A DNA stretch of 64,000 nucleotides. It comes from Octopus sinensis. Taxonomy: Eukaryota. This document shows positions 1 to 12,290 of the stretch, piece after piece (positions within the stretch are counted from its first letter, which is position 1; the number at the start of each line of letters is the position of its first letter). The position numbers were made by a program, and so were the translations under genes. Under the pieces are notes generated by a model. That model ran no database searches. It saw nothing but the letters and a program-made list of their open reading frames with translations, and was not told the DNA's origin. The stretch is taken from NCBI RefSeq assembly GCF_006345805.1, contig NC_043004.1, positions 63,550,001 through 63,614,000 of the forward strand, given 5' to 3'.

Positions 1-180
1 GTATGTCTCCATCTATTTTTATCGTATCTTTCTCTCTCTAACCATCTATCTATCGATCTACCTATCTGTTTGACTATCTATTTGTCTCTATCTATTTATT
101 TATATATATATTTATCTCTCCATCTATCTACCTGTCTGCCTGTCCGTCTGTTTATATATCTATCTCTCTATCTATCTGTA

Positions 181-626
181 TAACTTGAAAAGCAATGTGA
201 GAATGGAGAGGCAGGGTTCCTCTTTTGAAAGTTTCAAAAAATGTGGGTGAATGTGGCAGAGGTGGTTCGTGCGAGGGATGGAACCACTTTTGATTCTGTT
301 AATCGAACAGAAAGAGAGAGAGGGAGCACTTTGCTCTGATGTCTTTATTATTTCCTTGCCTGTCTTTTCCGTAGGCTTTTCTTTCCACGGATAAACCTAA
401 TTTGGCTTCTTACATTCCTAAAATTTCTTCTGTGATACACAATCCCTTTTGATCGACTTCTTTTGGCCCCCGACCCCTTTTGATCGGAAGTTTACTTTTT
501 TCCTCTTTTTCACTCCTTTTCTTTGTCATTTTCGAAAAGAAAAGCTTTACATTTGTATTTGTCCCTTCTGTGTTCAGCCTTGTGTGGTCAATAAAGTAAG
601 TTATCTATCTATCTATCTATCTATCA

Positions 627-666
<40 letters not shown>

Positions 667-715
667 GTCTGTCTATCTATCTAGCTAGCTATCTATCTAG
701 CTATCTAGCTATCTA
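181..715 (+). mobile_element. 3' remnant of a Tx1/L1-clade LINE ending in (TATC)n
   Basis: 181-290 translates to LKSNVRMERQG..., homologous to the end of ORF2 at 3520-3640. The 3' UTR parallels 3644-4065, with AATAAA just before the (TATC)n array at 601-715. Confidence 0.8.
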
Positions 716-716
716 C

Positions 717-3700
717 GCTTTCAAATGTCTGACAGGTTCCGACTAGACCACCTGAAGGCGCCAACGTGGCCATGGAGCAACGGCATCGGGTCGTCGAGAT
801 CGTATCTAGATAGGATACTGTGTAAGACAGTAGATAGAGATAGCATAGGATGTCCACAATTCTACATAGTTAGCTACACGGATCACAAACTTGTGACATG
901 TACGCTAGAGTTAGGTAAGACACTTAGGCAGGGTCCCGGATACTGGAAACTAAACGCGTCTTTCCCATCGAGACAGGTTTTCAGAGACCGAATTAGCACA
1001 CTAATAAAGAGGGCTTTGACGGGAGCCATCATCAACAACAAATGGTGGTTTGCCCTCAAGAGAGCAGTAAAAGCAGAAGCGATTAGGTACAGCAAAGCAC
1101 TAGCCATAGATAGAAATAGAGTAGAGGGTGAGCTAGTTAAAAAGCTAGAACAGGCAATTAGAAGCGGCATCGCATCCGACGTTTTGGTGGCGAGGTTGGC
1201 CCTCGATAAATACTTCAACGCCAAACACGAAGGGTGTGCTTTCAGAGCTAGGATACGTGCTCTAAGGAACGAAGGTGTTGGAGCCGCGAGAGAGGCCCGG
1301 GTGGCAGAGGCGCAACAGGGCAACAAAGCCACCATTCAGTCTCTGGTAGATGAACAGGGGCGCGAATTGATCGAACCAAGTAAAATGTGTGAGGCCTTTC
1401 AACAGCACTTTGCCCGACTGTTCGGGACAAGTGGCGGGCAAGAACGTAGGGTGGACTTCAGTGCCTACCTACACAGCCTACCACGACTCTCGACAAGAGA
1501 GGCAGGGTGCTGCGAAGGTGCCATCACGGCGGCGGAAGTGCAGGACGCGATGGCAGAATGCTCGAGGGACAAGTCACCGGGTTTGGATGGTCTACTCTAC
1601 GAGCTTTACAATTGTATGCCAGACTTGTTTGGAGATGTCTTGGTAGCGGTATACTGCAACTGGCAGCAAAACGGGTGCATTCCTGGTTTTGTGAGCCGAG
1701 GAGCCGTAACACTGCTGAAGAAAGATCTAAACAAGTGACATGTAATAGATAACTTTAGGCCCATCACTCAGCTTAATGCAGACCTGAAAATTTTGGCCAA
1801 GGTGCTAGCCAAGAGGTTGGCGCTTGTCATCGAGAAACTGGTCGACAAGGCGCAAGCATGCGCCGTGCCGGGCCGGACCATCCATGACAACCTCCACCTG
1901 ATGCGCTACATCATAGACAGGGTAGTTAACGAACCTGGCATGAGTGGGGCGCTGATCAATTTGGATCAATCGAAAGCTTTCGATAGGATGGACCATCGAT
2001 ACTTGGAGGCAGTCCTCAGAGCGGCTGGCTTCGGTCCCGTCTTCCGCGGCTAGATAGCCGCTTTGTACAGAGGCATACGTTCGGTAGTTCGCGTAAATGG
2101 ACATCTATCGAGACCTTTCGACATTGCACGTTCGGTCCGTCAGGGATGCCCCCTCTCGGCGCTTCTATACGTATTGACTCTCGAGCCATTATTGCGGAAG
2201 CTGGCAACTTTGAGGGGCATCCCGCGAGAACTGGGATGCGGGACGAGCGTGTCTGCATACGCGGACGACGTCACCGTCATTGTGTCTAGCCACGAGCACA
2301 TCGAGCAGGTCGGCGAGACATTGAAAAACTACGAAGGGGTGACAGAAGCGAAAATCAACCGGGAAAAGTCAGTGGGCTTGCGACTAGGCACCTGGAGAAG
2401 CAAGCCCATGCCGTCCACCAGCGCCTCTGTCGTGCGACGCTGGACCGACGGTCCGGTCGAGTTGCTCGGGCTCTGGTTCGGTCCGGACCTCCAAGTGGAG
2501 AAGAACTGGAACGAGATAATGAGTAGGGTGGTCACTCTCGCCCGGCAATGGGCCGAGAGGAAACTGTCCCTAAAAAGTCGGGCGGAGGTGGCGAACACGT
2601 ACATCGCGTCCGTCATCTACTACCGCCTGACCGTCGTACCTTGTCCCGACTCTACCATCACCAAACTAGAACGCATTCTCTTTCGCTTCTTGTGGAAAGA
2701 ATGCGTCCCGATGGTCAGGCGATCCATTTGCTGTCAACACCCGTTAAAAGGAGGGCTGGGCATGCCGTGGTTGATGATGCGCAGACACGCGCTGAGACTG
2801 CGACATCTCAGGCTCTTCGTAGACGACGGTGAACAGGTGTGGTCGCCGTTTGTGAGGCACGCTTTCCCGCAGCTCGTCTCCATGACCGAACTGCAGTCGT
2901 GGATCAAAAAGAGGCCGAGGAAGGGCGAATGGCACCGCGAGTGTCGCGTTGCTCTCAAGCAACTATGCCGTCCCGGGTCGACCTTGAGTGACTCCATCAC
3001 AACCCAAGCATTCTATAGGGGATTAGTGGAGGTGAGGTACGACGACGACCTCGGGGTGAACTTGGACGTCGACGACGAATACCTGACCCGCCTGTTAGGG
3101 ACGACGTTCGGGCCAGGGCCTATGGACAACTTACAGAGATCCCTGGCCTGGCAGTGCTATCGAGAAGCGCTACCCGTTCGGGATAAGCTCTATAGGCATG
3201 GCTCGAGAAACACGGGGCCGACCTACCCGAGATGCGGTCAGAGCGACGAAACCGTTCTGCACGCACTCGTGCAGTGTCCAACAATTTCCGACCTGTGGGC
3301 TTATGTCGAACAACTGCTGTCACGTGTGGGACGAGTCGGTTTATCAGCTGAGTCTATCGTCAATATTATCACGCCTCCTTCCTTCAAACGGGAAGGAAGA
3401 GCTATTTTCATCATCCTTGTGGCTATGGCGAAGGAATGTATCTGGTGGACGCGTCTGAAAGGATTGGAGACAAACACTTTCCTCTCTGGTCAATCTCTCA
3501 TCAACTTCTTCAAGTACCACTTGAAAAGGAAAGTGAGAGTAGAGAGGCAAGTTTTGTCTAGCGAATGTTTTAAAAAAAGATGGGTGAATGTAGCAAGGAT
3601 GGCACGTATGAATGACGAAGCCACCTTGAGCATAATCCTATGAACTCAGAATTTGAAAACAGAGGGTTACCCACTTGCAAACAAATGTGGTAACATATAA

Positions 3701-4070
3701 CAATATTGACCGATGTTACCGTGGTCTTTTTCGTCGGCTTTTCTTCCAACGGATAAACCTTATCTGCGTTCCCCTTTACATCGTACATCATGACACTGTG
3801 ATACACGATCCCTATTGATAGTTTTTTCCTCTCCCCCTTTTTCCTCTTTTTTCTTCCTTTTTTATTTTTCTGTTCCTTTTTTTCTCTTCTTTTTTTCTTT
3901 GTTTTTCCTTCTTCCACTTTTACGATCCCTTTTGATAGAAAACCTACGCCACTTTTTTGTTTCTTGTTTATTGTTTTCTTTTTGTTTTTTTTCCTCCCAC
4001 AAAAGAAAAGCTCTACCTTGTAATTTGTCCCATCTGTGTGCATCCCTGTGTGGCCAATAAAGAAACTTAT

Positions 4071-4102
<32 letters not shown>

Positions 4103-4103
4103 A
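717..4103 (+). mobile_element. Tx1/L1-clade non-LTR retrotransposon, 5'-truncated, with 3' UTR and (TATC)n tail
   Basis: End of the APE endonuclease (SYLDRI, TDH), RT motifs (SPGLDG, RPIT, KAFD, RQGCPLS, YADD), a C-terminal zinc knuckle (xPRCGQSDETVLHALVQC), AATAAA, then (TATC)n. Confidence 0.95.
725..3643 (+). pseudogene. Tx1 ORF2 (EN-RT-CCHC), one 973-codon frame broken by two nonsense codons
   Basis: Track ORFs 725, 1793 and 2063 share one frame. Stops TGA at 1736-1738 and TAG at 2051-2053 sit inside otherwise continuous RT sequence. Confidence 0.9.
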
Positions 4104-4106
4104 AAT

Positions 4107-6962
4107 ATATCTGTCTTGACTGACGTGATGCCGCATCGGCTCAGCAGGTGACCCCTTTTTTTTTCGAACATTTATTGTTTCAATTTCTGCACACAAAGTA
4201 CCCACCTTTCGTTTGAGTGTGTTTTCAAGGGAGAAATTGACTCCTAGAGGCAGTTTCATACCTATTTACATATCTCTTTTCATCGATTTCCATGCCATAT
4301 TTCTAAACAAATATGGCTAAGCGAAACCATGAAGCTGACCTCCCGACTCTACCAATGCTAGAGGCGAAGGAAGCTGAAAGCAAAGTCCTTCCGCGTGAAC
4401 GCACACAGGCCTTTGATGGCACGAATGCTTCTGCTACTATAACCACTACGCCATCACCACCACAACCAATACGAATACTGAAAACAATTTTGCCGCAGCT
4501 TTGAAATTAGAGAAAACAGTCCTGTGCTTTTCCAAAGAAGAACCGCCCACCTGTAAAGCGATGTCTAAAAGGGACGACCTCTGCATACAACTACACACAC
4601 CACAAAACATCGCAGAAAGAATCGAAACAAAAAATTCAGTTAGTTACAGAACGCTCAGTCTAAAAACAAAAGCTATACGAAAAGGCCGCTCAAGAAATGT
4701 TGAAAAATGTTTACGGCCTATATGGGCCATTAATGATTACATTACAAGGGGTGACAGATTTGCCACGACTGAAGTTCGATTCGACACTGAAGAAAGAGCC
4801 GAGGACATCTCCACTTTGAGTCCTTCCAATTTGAAAACCGGATTGGCCAAAAAGTTGAAATTCTTGCTGAAATTAATCCGATGATGTTCGAAAAAATTCT
4901 ACATAGAATCCAATGAGAGAGGACATCGAAGGCAGAAAGCTACGTTGCTATGTTTGTGGTAGCAAAGCACACTTACAAATTAACCGCCCACTAGCACATA
5001 ATCAATAACAACAGCAGCAACAACGACTACAAGATCACGAAAAACAAAAATAACCACAAGAAAACCAAAAACCGTGCAGAAAAACCAGCACTGTTACCCA
5101 CACCGCCATATGCAGAACTAATTAAAAAACTCTACAAACAAATAGAGGAACTCAGCAACCAACAAGTCAGCCCAACCAAACAACATCACCACCAGCGCCA
5201 CCAAGAACAGAAACAACACTACCATCACCACCACCACCAACAACAACAACAACTTCAAAGGAGGAAGAGAAAACCAAAAAGACTCATACCCCACCCCCAA
5301 AACCCACACGCCACACCCAAACTATCACGAATCAGCACCAACACCAATAACAAAGTCAACACACTCAGAAATAGACCCCAATACAATTCCCCTCCCACCT
5401 TCGGATCCTCCGATATGTCGTCAAATGAAGAAAACGACACAGGGGATTGGCAAATGTCCACAACCAATCTGGCAAAATGTTGTATATCATGCGAGAGGGA
5501 ATTAGTTCGCAACAATAGAGGTGCGAGTCGCAAGTGAAGATAAGGCCAGGCAACACTCAACGTCACCCGTGAGATCAAACCAAGTGGTACTACTACCCAT
5601 CTACTTAGGAAGGCGAACTTCCAACGTGGGGGTAGGAGAAATCCCGGCGTGGTCGACGTCGCCTTGCTGGTGGCCGCTAACGTTTTGGGCTTGGAAGATA
5701 AAGTGACAATCCTCCATGCCTCGAAAATTCATCAACAAAATTGGTAGGGTCAAGGCCCGGAAATATTATAACAGGCCGCAGCGCAAGATTACCTCAAATT
5801 GATTGCAGACATCATACGAGTAGGGGACGAAACGATCCTGAGATTAATGGTGGAGAGAAGAAAACCAAGCGATCTAAATGCCCTCCACCAGTGAAAACAA
5901 AAGCTCCCCCACCCGCTGCGGAATCAGCCGCACATCCTACTGCGCTAGTGGTCTAAGAGACAAGCAGGGAGGAACAGCAAAACATGAAAAGAAAAGAAGC
6001 AGAAACCTTGGACAGTGAATGAAGTGAAGAATCATGGAAGAAAAAGAAAGATCCCATCATTCTTCCACGGACGCTTTTCCCCAAACCATGTCCGCAGACA
6101 CTGACTCCCAAACGGCTCCTACAGTCACCAGTCTCCAAACCTCCACCTCTTATACTAATCTCTCCCTCCCCACAGTTATAAACACACGCAGAGCCCTCAA
6201 GCTTCTCACACCCGTCCCTCATAAAAATTATATATATCTGCGTATGATGCAAACAATTACATTTTTTAAAATGAAATTGCCACTTTAACAAAACGCACAA
6301 ACATTTACTAGTCCTGATATCAGTGGTGTTCCCACCCACATAGATTTTATCTATATAGATAGGAGCAACCACAAATGTTGAAAAAATATATTTCCAGAGA
6401 GGTTGGCCCTCCAAGAAAAAGTATTTCGACAGCACCATATAATAAACTCATTGTGTCCCCACCAACCACGAATGATGAGGAGGATTAACCATCCTCAAGG
6501 ACTGTTATTTATCTTTTTGGTTTCCCTTAATGTAAGATATATAAGTGTGCGCGGCCTGGGTTCGATAAGAAAGTAAGGTTTCCTCAGTGACGATCTCAGG
6601 TCGCTTAGACGGGATGTTGTTGTTATTACTGAAGCCAGACTGTGAGGGCTGCAGACTTTCTCATTCCTGTTAAACGACTACGAGAAAATTATTTCTCTAT
6701 GTGAAATGGCAGAGGTGGGTAGCGTCATGGTTCTTCTCAGGAAGGCTTTAAAGTTACAGATGAGAACAATCTTTGTTGACCCGGAGGCTGGTCGTCGTTG
6801 ATGAGACGCACAGCAGTGGTAAGTCAGGTTGCTGACTGTCTACCCTCCTTGTAGTGTGGGACAGTCCGACGTTTTTCAATGTCTTGAAAATTCTCTAGGC
6901 ATATAAAACACATTAATGATATTAGGAGACTTTATACAATCTGCGATGCACGCGTAGATTGT
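4107..6962 (+). mobile_element. Degraded 5' half of a Tx1/L1-type LINE (5' UTR, ORF1 with gag-like knuckle, N-terminal APE endonuclease)
   Basis: LRCYVCGSKAHL at about 4940. An NVRGL-like start at about 6530, VVVITEARL, and ILGDF...CDARVDC ending at 6962. Many frameshifts; may be a mosaic of two elements. Confidence 0.75.
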
Positions 6963-7699
6963 GTTAATAATTAATCTTGATTCTTTCACTGGTATTTTAA
7001 TTTTAGTGCGTAACATAAACCACAGAATTTCGATGATCTCTTTCTAAAATTATTTCATACTTACCCTTGATCATTTCTGTATCCTGTCGATATATCAATC
7101 TTATTTTGGGACGAGAATATGAATTAAACACAGATTCGAAATAGAATATTTTATTCATATTATTTTCAAATATGGGAAGAATGTCAGCATATCTCGGAGA
7201 AATGTTTACATTGATTATATTGTCACTAGTGATTCAACTTTCCTTATTTTATCACTCATCAAGTATCAAAGGTGAATTAATCCACAGCTAAGAACGTAAG
7301 CATGGGCAAAATGATGCTGAACTCTCTGCAAGGCATACTATTCTGCAAGGTCTCCGTTAAAATCTTTTCATATGGCTCTCAATGTCTGAAACAATGCCAT
7401 CCGTTTTGGGAAAGATGTAAGTCGATTACATCGACACCAGTGTTCAATCATTTATTAATGTTGTGTTTTATTCCATAAGCCAAAGACAGAAATGACAGTA
7501 GTAACATATGTTTCTGTTTTCCATTTAAATTCCGTTCAAAAGTTGTACTCACCTTCATATCCTAGAGCTTTGGCATAGTTGTTCTCAACAGAGGGCGAAA
7601 TAATCTGCATGCCTCTCATTTCAGCAGCTGGAGGTTTCAGTATTTACACGAAATAGATGAACTATAGACCAGGTAGTTACTTTCGAATTACTCATCGAG

Positions 7700-7920
7700 C
7701 GTGTGCGAAGCTCTCGTTTGGAGACGCTTGCTGGCTATATTGACATCAGTAAGTCTTTTCACTTGATGGACAGGGATGTGTTCAGAGGAATTCTGGTGTT
7801 ACGAGGCATAATTCTGTAGCGGTTAGGCTGATTGCGACCTTCACGCAATTCATACTGCAGCCAGCATCTGACTGATTCCCACTCCGATCTGGCTCCGTCA
7901 GGGATGCTCCAAATAAAACC
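7700..7920 (+). mobile_element. RTE-like RT fragment
   Basis: AGYIDISKSFHLMDR and FPLRSG/VRQGC (frameshifted). Confidence 0.6.
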
Positions 7921-8552
7921 AGTATCTGCATGTCCAGGATATTTGACCGGATGGTGAAACATTGAGTTCTGGTGCAACCATAGATGTAACTAAGCTTACA
8001 GTCCTGAATTTTGAAAATGTTTCAGGTAATATATGTTGCAGTGCTTCTCAATATCTCAAGGAATGCACTCCTTTCACTAAGTATAGAAAGCTGAATCAAT
8101 TTGCCTTAAAGTTTCTTCTGACGAAATCCAGTCCTACGTTGGTTTCACTAAGTTGATTTGCATTTTGAAACCACGACGGATAACATTATAAAAATGGTAC
8201 TATACATAGCTACAAGGTATATGTGTATTCTTGAAAGTATCAATATTTCACTACTTCCTTATTCTGCCATTACAAGGAATGGATAACGTATACCATAGAA
8301 TATTAAATTACCAAATGTAGCTCACTACAAAATCACTGAGGTAGAAGTAAGTATATAAAAATGGTGTCTTAAATCGAAGACACTTGCGTGGCTATAAACT
8401 TCTGCAACGCAGAATAGCCCAACAAAATTTGCCTGTAAAATCTAATCTGTTTAAATTTTTACGTTCAGAAGTTTGGCTCGTTATACGTTGATGTATATTA
8501 AGATGAAATCATTTAATGCTACATAAAATTTATTAATACCCAAATCTGTTTG

Positions 8553-8770
8553 GCGGGGGATCTTGGTGCTGCTAAGAAAGGACGCAAACAGCGGGGATAA
8601 AATAGACAATTTCAGGCCCATCACTCTGCTTAATTGACATTTGAAGATTTTGGCGAAGGTATTAGCAGAAATGTTGGCGCGTGTCGCGTGTGGACTAATC
8701 GGGAAAGCATAAACTGGCGGCATTCACGGCAGATCTATCCAGGCAACCTCCATCTTATACGCTATACACA
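8553..8770 (+). mobile_element. Tx1 RT fragment inside the triplication unit (second copy at about 10260-10452)
   Basis: RGILVLLRKD...IDNFRPITLLN..LKILAKVLA...NLHLIRY, homologous to 1700-1910. Confidence 0.85.
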
Positions 8771-11700
8771 CATGCATACATACATGCTTACATACATACA
8801 CACGTATATACGTGCTACATATAAACATACACACGTACGTACATACATACCTGCCTATAAATGTGGGCATATATACATGTATGTGTGGTTATCCATACAG
8901 GATGCCACGAACGGCTATTCAATTAAATCCAATACAGCCAATTAAATACACAGGATGTCAGGGACCACAGTACTCGTAACAAAACAACATTTATAGTCAA
9001 TTTTGACAACAGAAGCTATCAAAATAAGGAGTGTCCTGATTTGATATAATAGGTAGACACTAGTGTTTTGAAGCAGCAAATAATTGCTAGAATACAGTAA
9101 AGACGAATGATCAGTGAAATATTACCTTTCAAGTAATGGCTGATGGAGGAAATAACTGATTCATTGACAAAGATATAGCACATTCCATTCAAGAATGTCT
9201 TTTAATAGATATTTTCCTTGATTCACGTGCCCATTTCTAAATTTCTACTCTTCAGTTAATAATTAATCTTGATTCTTTCACTGGTATTTTAATTTTAGTG
9301 CGTAACATAAACCACAGAATTTCGATGATCTCCTTCTAAAATTATTTCATACTTACCCTTGATCATTTCTGTATCCTGTCGATATATCAATCTTATTTTG
9401 GGACGAGAATATGAATTAAACACAGATTCGAACTAGAATATTTTATTCATATTATTTTCAAATCTGGGAAGAATGTCAGCATACGTCGCAGAAGTGTGTA
9501 CATTGATTATATTGTCACTAGTGATTCAACCTTTCTTATTTTATCACTAATCAAGTATCAAAGGCGAATTAATCCACAGCTAAGAACGTAGGCATGGGCA
9601 AACTGATGCTGAACTCTCTGCAAGGCATACTATTCTGCAAGCTCTCCGTTCAAATCTTTCCATATTGCTCTCAATGTCTGAAACAATGCCATCCGTTTTG
9701 GGAAAGATGTAAGTCGATTACATCGACACCAGTGTTCAATCACTTCTTAATGTTGTATTTTATTCCATAAGCCAAATACAGAAATCACAGCATTAATACA
9801 TGTTTCTGCTTTCCATTTATATTTCAGATACAGTGAGGTTGCAGTCGGACCGTGTTCTTCGACAGTCTCGTAAGTTCTTCGCTACCGATATATTTCTATC
9901 CTCACTCTGGTTTATACATAGTATTTTCTCACATATTTCATTTGACAATCCTTATTGCTGATAATTACCATGTATGTAATACCTTGCACAACTCTCTCTT
10001 TCTCTCTGGTTGCTCACTGACTACCCATTAGGAAAACACTGATAGGCAGGTAGAAGTAAGTATATAAAAATGGTGTCTTAAATCTAAGACACTTGCCTGG
10101 GTATAAACGTCTGCAACGCAGAATAGCCCGAGCAAATTTGCCTGTAAAATCTAATCTGTTTAAATTTTAACTTTTAGAAGTTTGACTCATTATACATTGA
10201 TGTATATTAAGATGAAATCATTTAATGCTACATACAATTTATTAATACCCAAATCTGTTTGCCGGGGGATCGTGGTGCTACTAAGAAAGGACTCAAACAA
10301 CGGGGATAAAATAGACAATTTGAGGCCCATCACTCCGCTTAATTGAGATTTGAAGATTTTGGCCAAGGTGTTAGCAAAAATGTTGGCGCGTATCGTGTGT
10401 GGACTAATCGGCGGCAGATCTATCCAGGACAACCTCCATGTTATACGCTATACATACATACATACATGCATACATACATATATACATACATACATGCATA
10501 CATACATGCTTACATACATACACACGTAGATAAAGGCTTACATACATACATACACAAGTACGTACATACATACCTGCCTATAAATGTGGGTATATATACA
10601 TGTATGTGTGGTTATCCATACAGGATGCCACGAACGGCTATTCAATTGAATCCAATACAGCCAATTAAATACACAGGATTTCAGGGACCACAGTACTCGT
10701 ATCAAAACAACATTTATAGTCAATTTTGACAACAGAAGTTATCAAAATAAGGAGTGTCCTGATTTGATATTATAGGCAGACACTAGTGTATTGGAGCAGC
10801 AAATAATTGCTAGAATACAGTAAAGACGAATGATCAGTGAAATATTACCTTTCAAGTAATGGCCGATGGAGGAAATAACTGATTCATTGACAAAGATATA
10901 GCACATTCCATTCAAGAATGTCTTTTAATAGATATTTTCCTTGATTCACGTGCCCATTTCTAAATTTCTACTCTTCAGTTAATAATTAATCTTGATTCTT
11001 TCACTGGTATTTTAATTTTAATGAGTAACATAAACCACAGAATGTCGATGCTCTCTTTCTAAAATTATTTCATACTTACCCTTGATCATTTCTGTATCCT
11101 GTCGATATATCAATCTTATTTTGGGACGCGAATATGAATTAAACACAGATTCGAACTAGAATATTTTATTCATATTATTTTCAAATATGGGAAGAATTTA
11201 AGCATATGTCGGAGAAGTGTGTACATTGATTATATTGTCACTAGTGATTCAACTTTTCTTATTTTATCACCTATCAAGTATCAAAGGTGAATTAATCCAC
11301 AGCTAAGATCGTAAGCATGGGCAAAATGATGCTGGACTCTCTGCACAGCATACTATTCTGCAAGCTCTCCGTTCAAATCTTTTTATATTGCTCTCAATGT
11401 CTGAAACAATGCCATCCGTTTTGGGAAAGATGTAAGTCGATTACATCGACAACAGCGTTCAATCATTTCTTAATGTCGTATTTTATTTCATAAGCCAAAT
11501 ACAGAAATCACAGCAGTAATACATGTTTCTGCTTTCCATTTATATTTCAGATACAGTGAGGTTGCAGGCGGATTGGGTCCTTCGAAAGTCGCGTACGTTC
11601 TTCGCTACTAATATATTTCTATCCTCACACTGGTTTATACATCGTATTTTCTCACATAATATTTCGTTTGACAATACTTATTGCTGATAGTAATCATATT

Positions 11701-11809
11701 TGTGATACTGTGCACATATTCTCTCTCTCTCCCTCTCCCTCTCTCTTTCTCTCTCTGGTTGCTCTCTGAGCAAACAAGTTTTGAAAATATTGTCTCGTCT
11801 TCTCTATTG

Positions 11810-11974
11810 ACGGTCTAGATGGGTCCATAGTAACCACCAATGCATCGTGCCTATACAAACTTCACTTGGTATTACGGAAATACATGAGGAGTCGCTGGCT
11901 GAGGTATGGTCCCACCAGATCCGTAACCTGAGCAGAGTAAGAGGGGCCCATAGATATATCAAACAAATTGTTGC

Positions 11975-12035
<61 letters not shown>

Positions 12036-12290
12036 GAAGGTTTATCGGTACCAAAGCTTATCATCGAAGGAAATTGGTACCTTCCTAGCAGTTAGAATTA
12101 CGTCTATTTCTTAGAGGGTCAGGTTAGAAAAGTTTTTAGCTAGAATAAGAGCTTCGTTAAGGAGATAGGGGATACAGAAGTGTAGTAATTGTTGATAAGG
12201 AATTGTAGGAATGAGGATGTTTTTGTATATTCAGGGAGGTGAAACTAGGTTATAAACTCACCTGTTCAAGAAAATGACATAGACCAATTG
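11810..12290 (-). mobile_element. Penelope-like element RT fragment (paralog of 20830-21300)
   Basis: Clear nucleotide similarity to 20828-21240, interrupted by an expanded (ATT)n at about 11974-12034. Confidence 0.6.

Larger units (their letters stand above)
6963..11770. repeat. Imperfect tandem triplication, units starting at 6963, 9255 and 10978
   Basis: GTTAATAATTAATCTTGATTCTTTCACTGG recurs at all three starts. 8338-9254 matches 10048-10977, and 9820-10020 matches 11540-11770. Confidence 0.95.
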
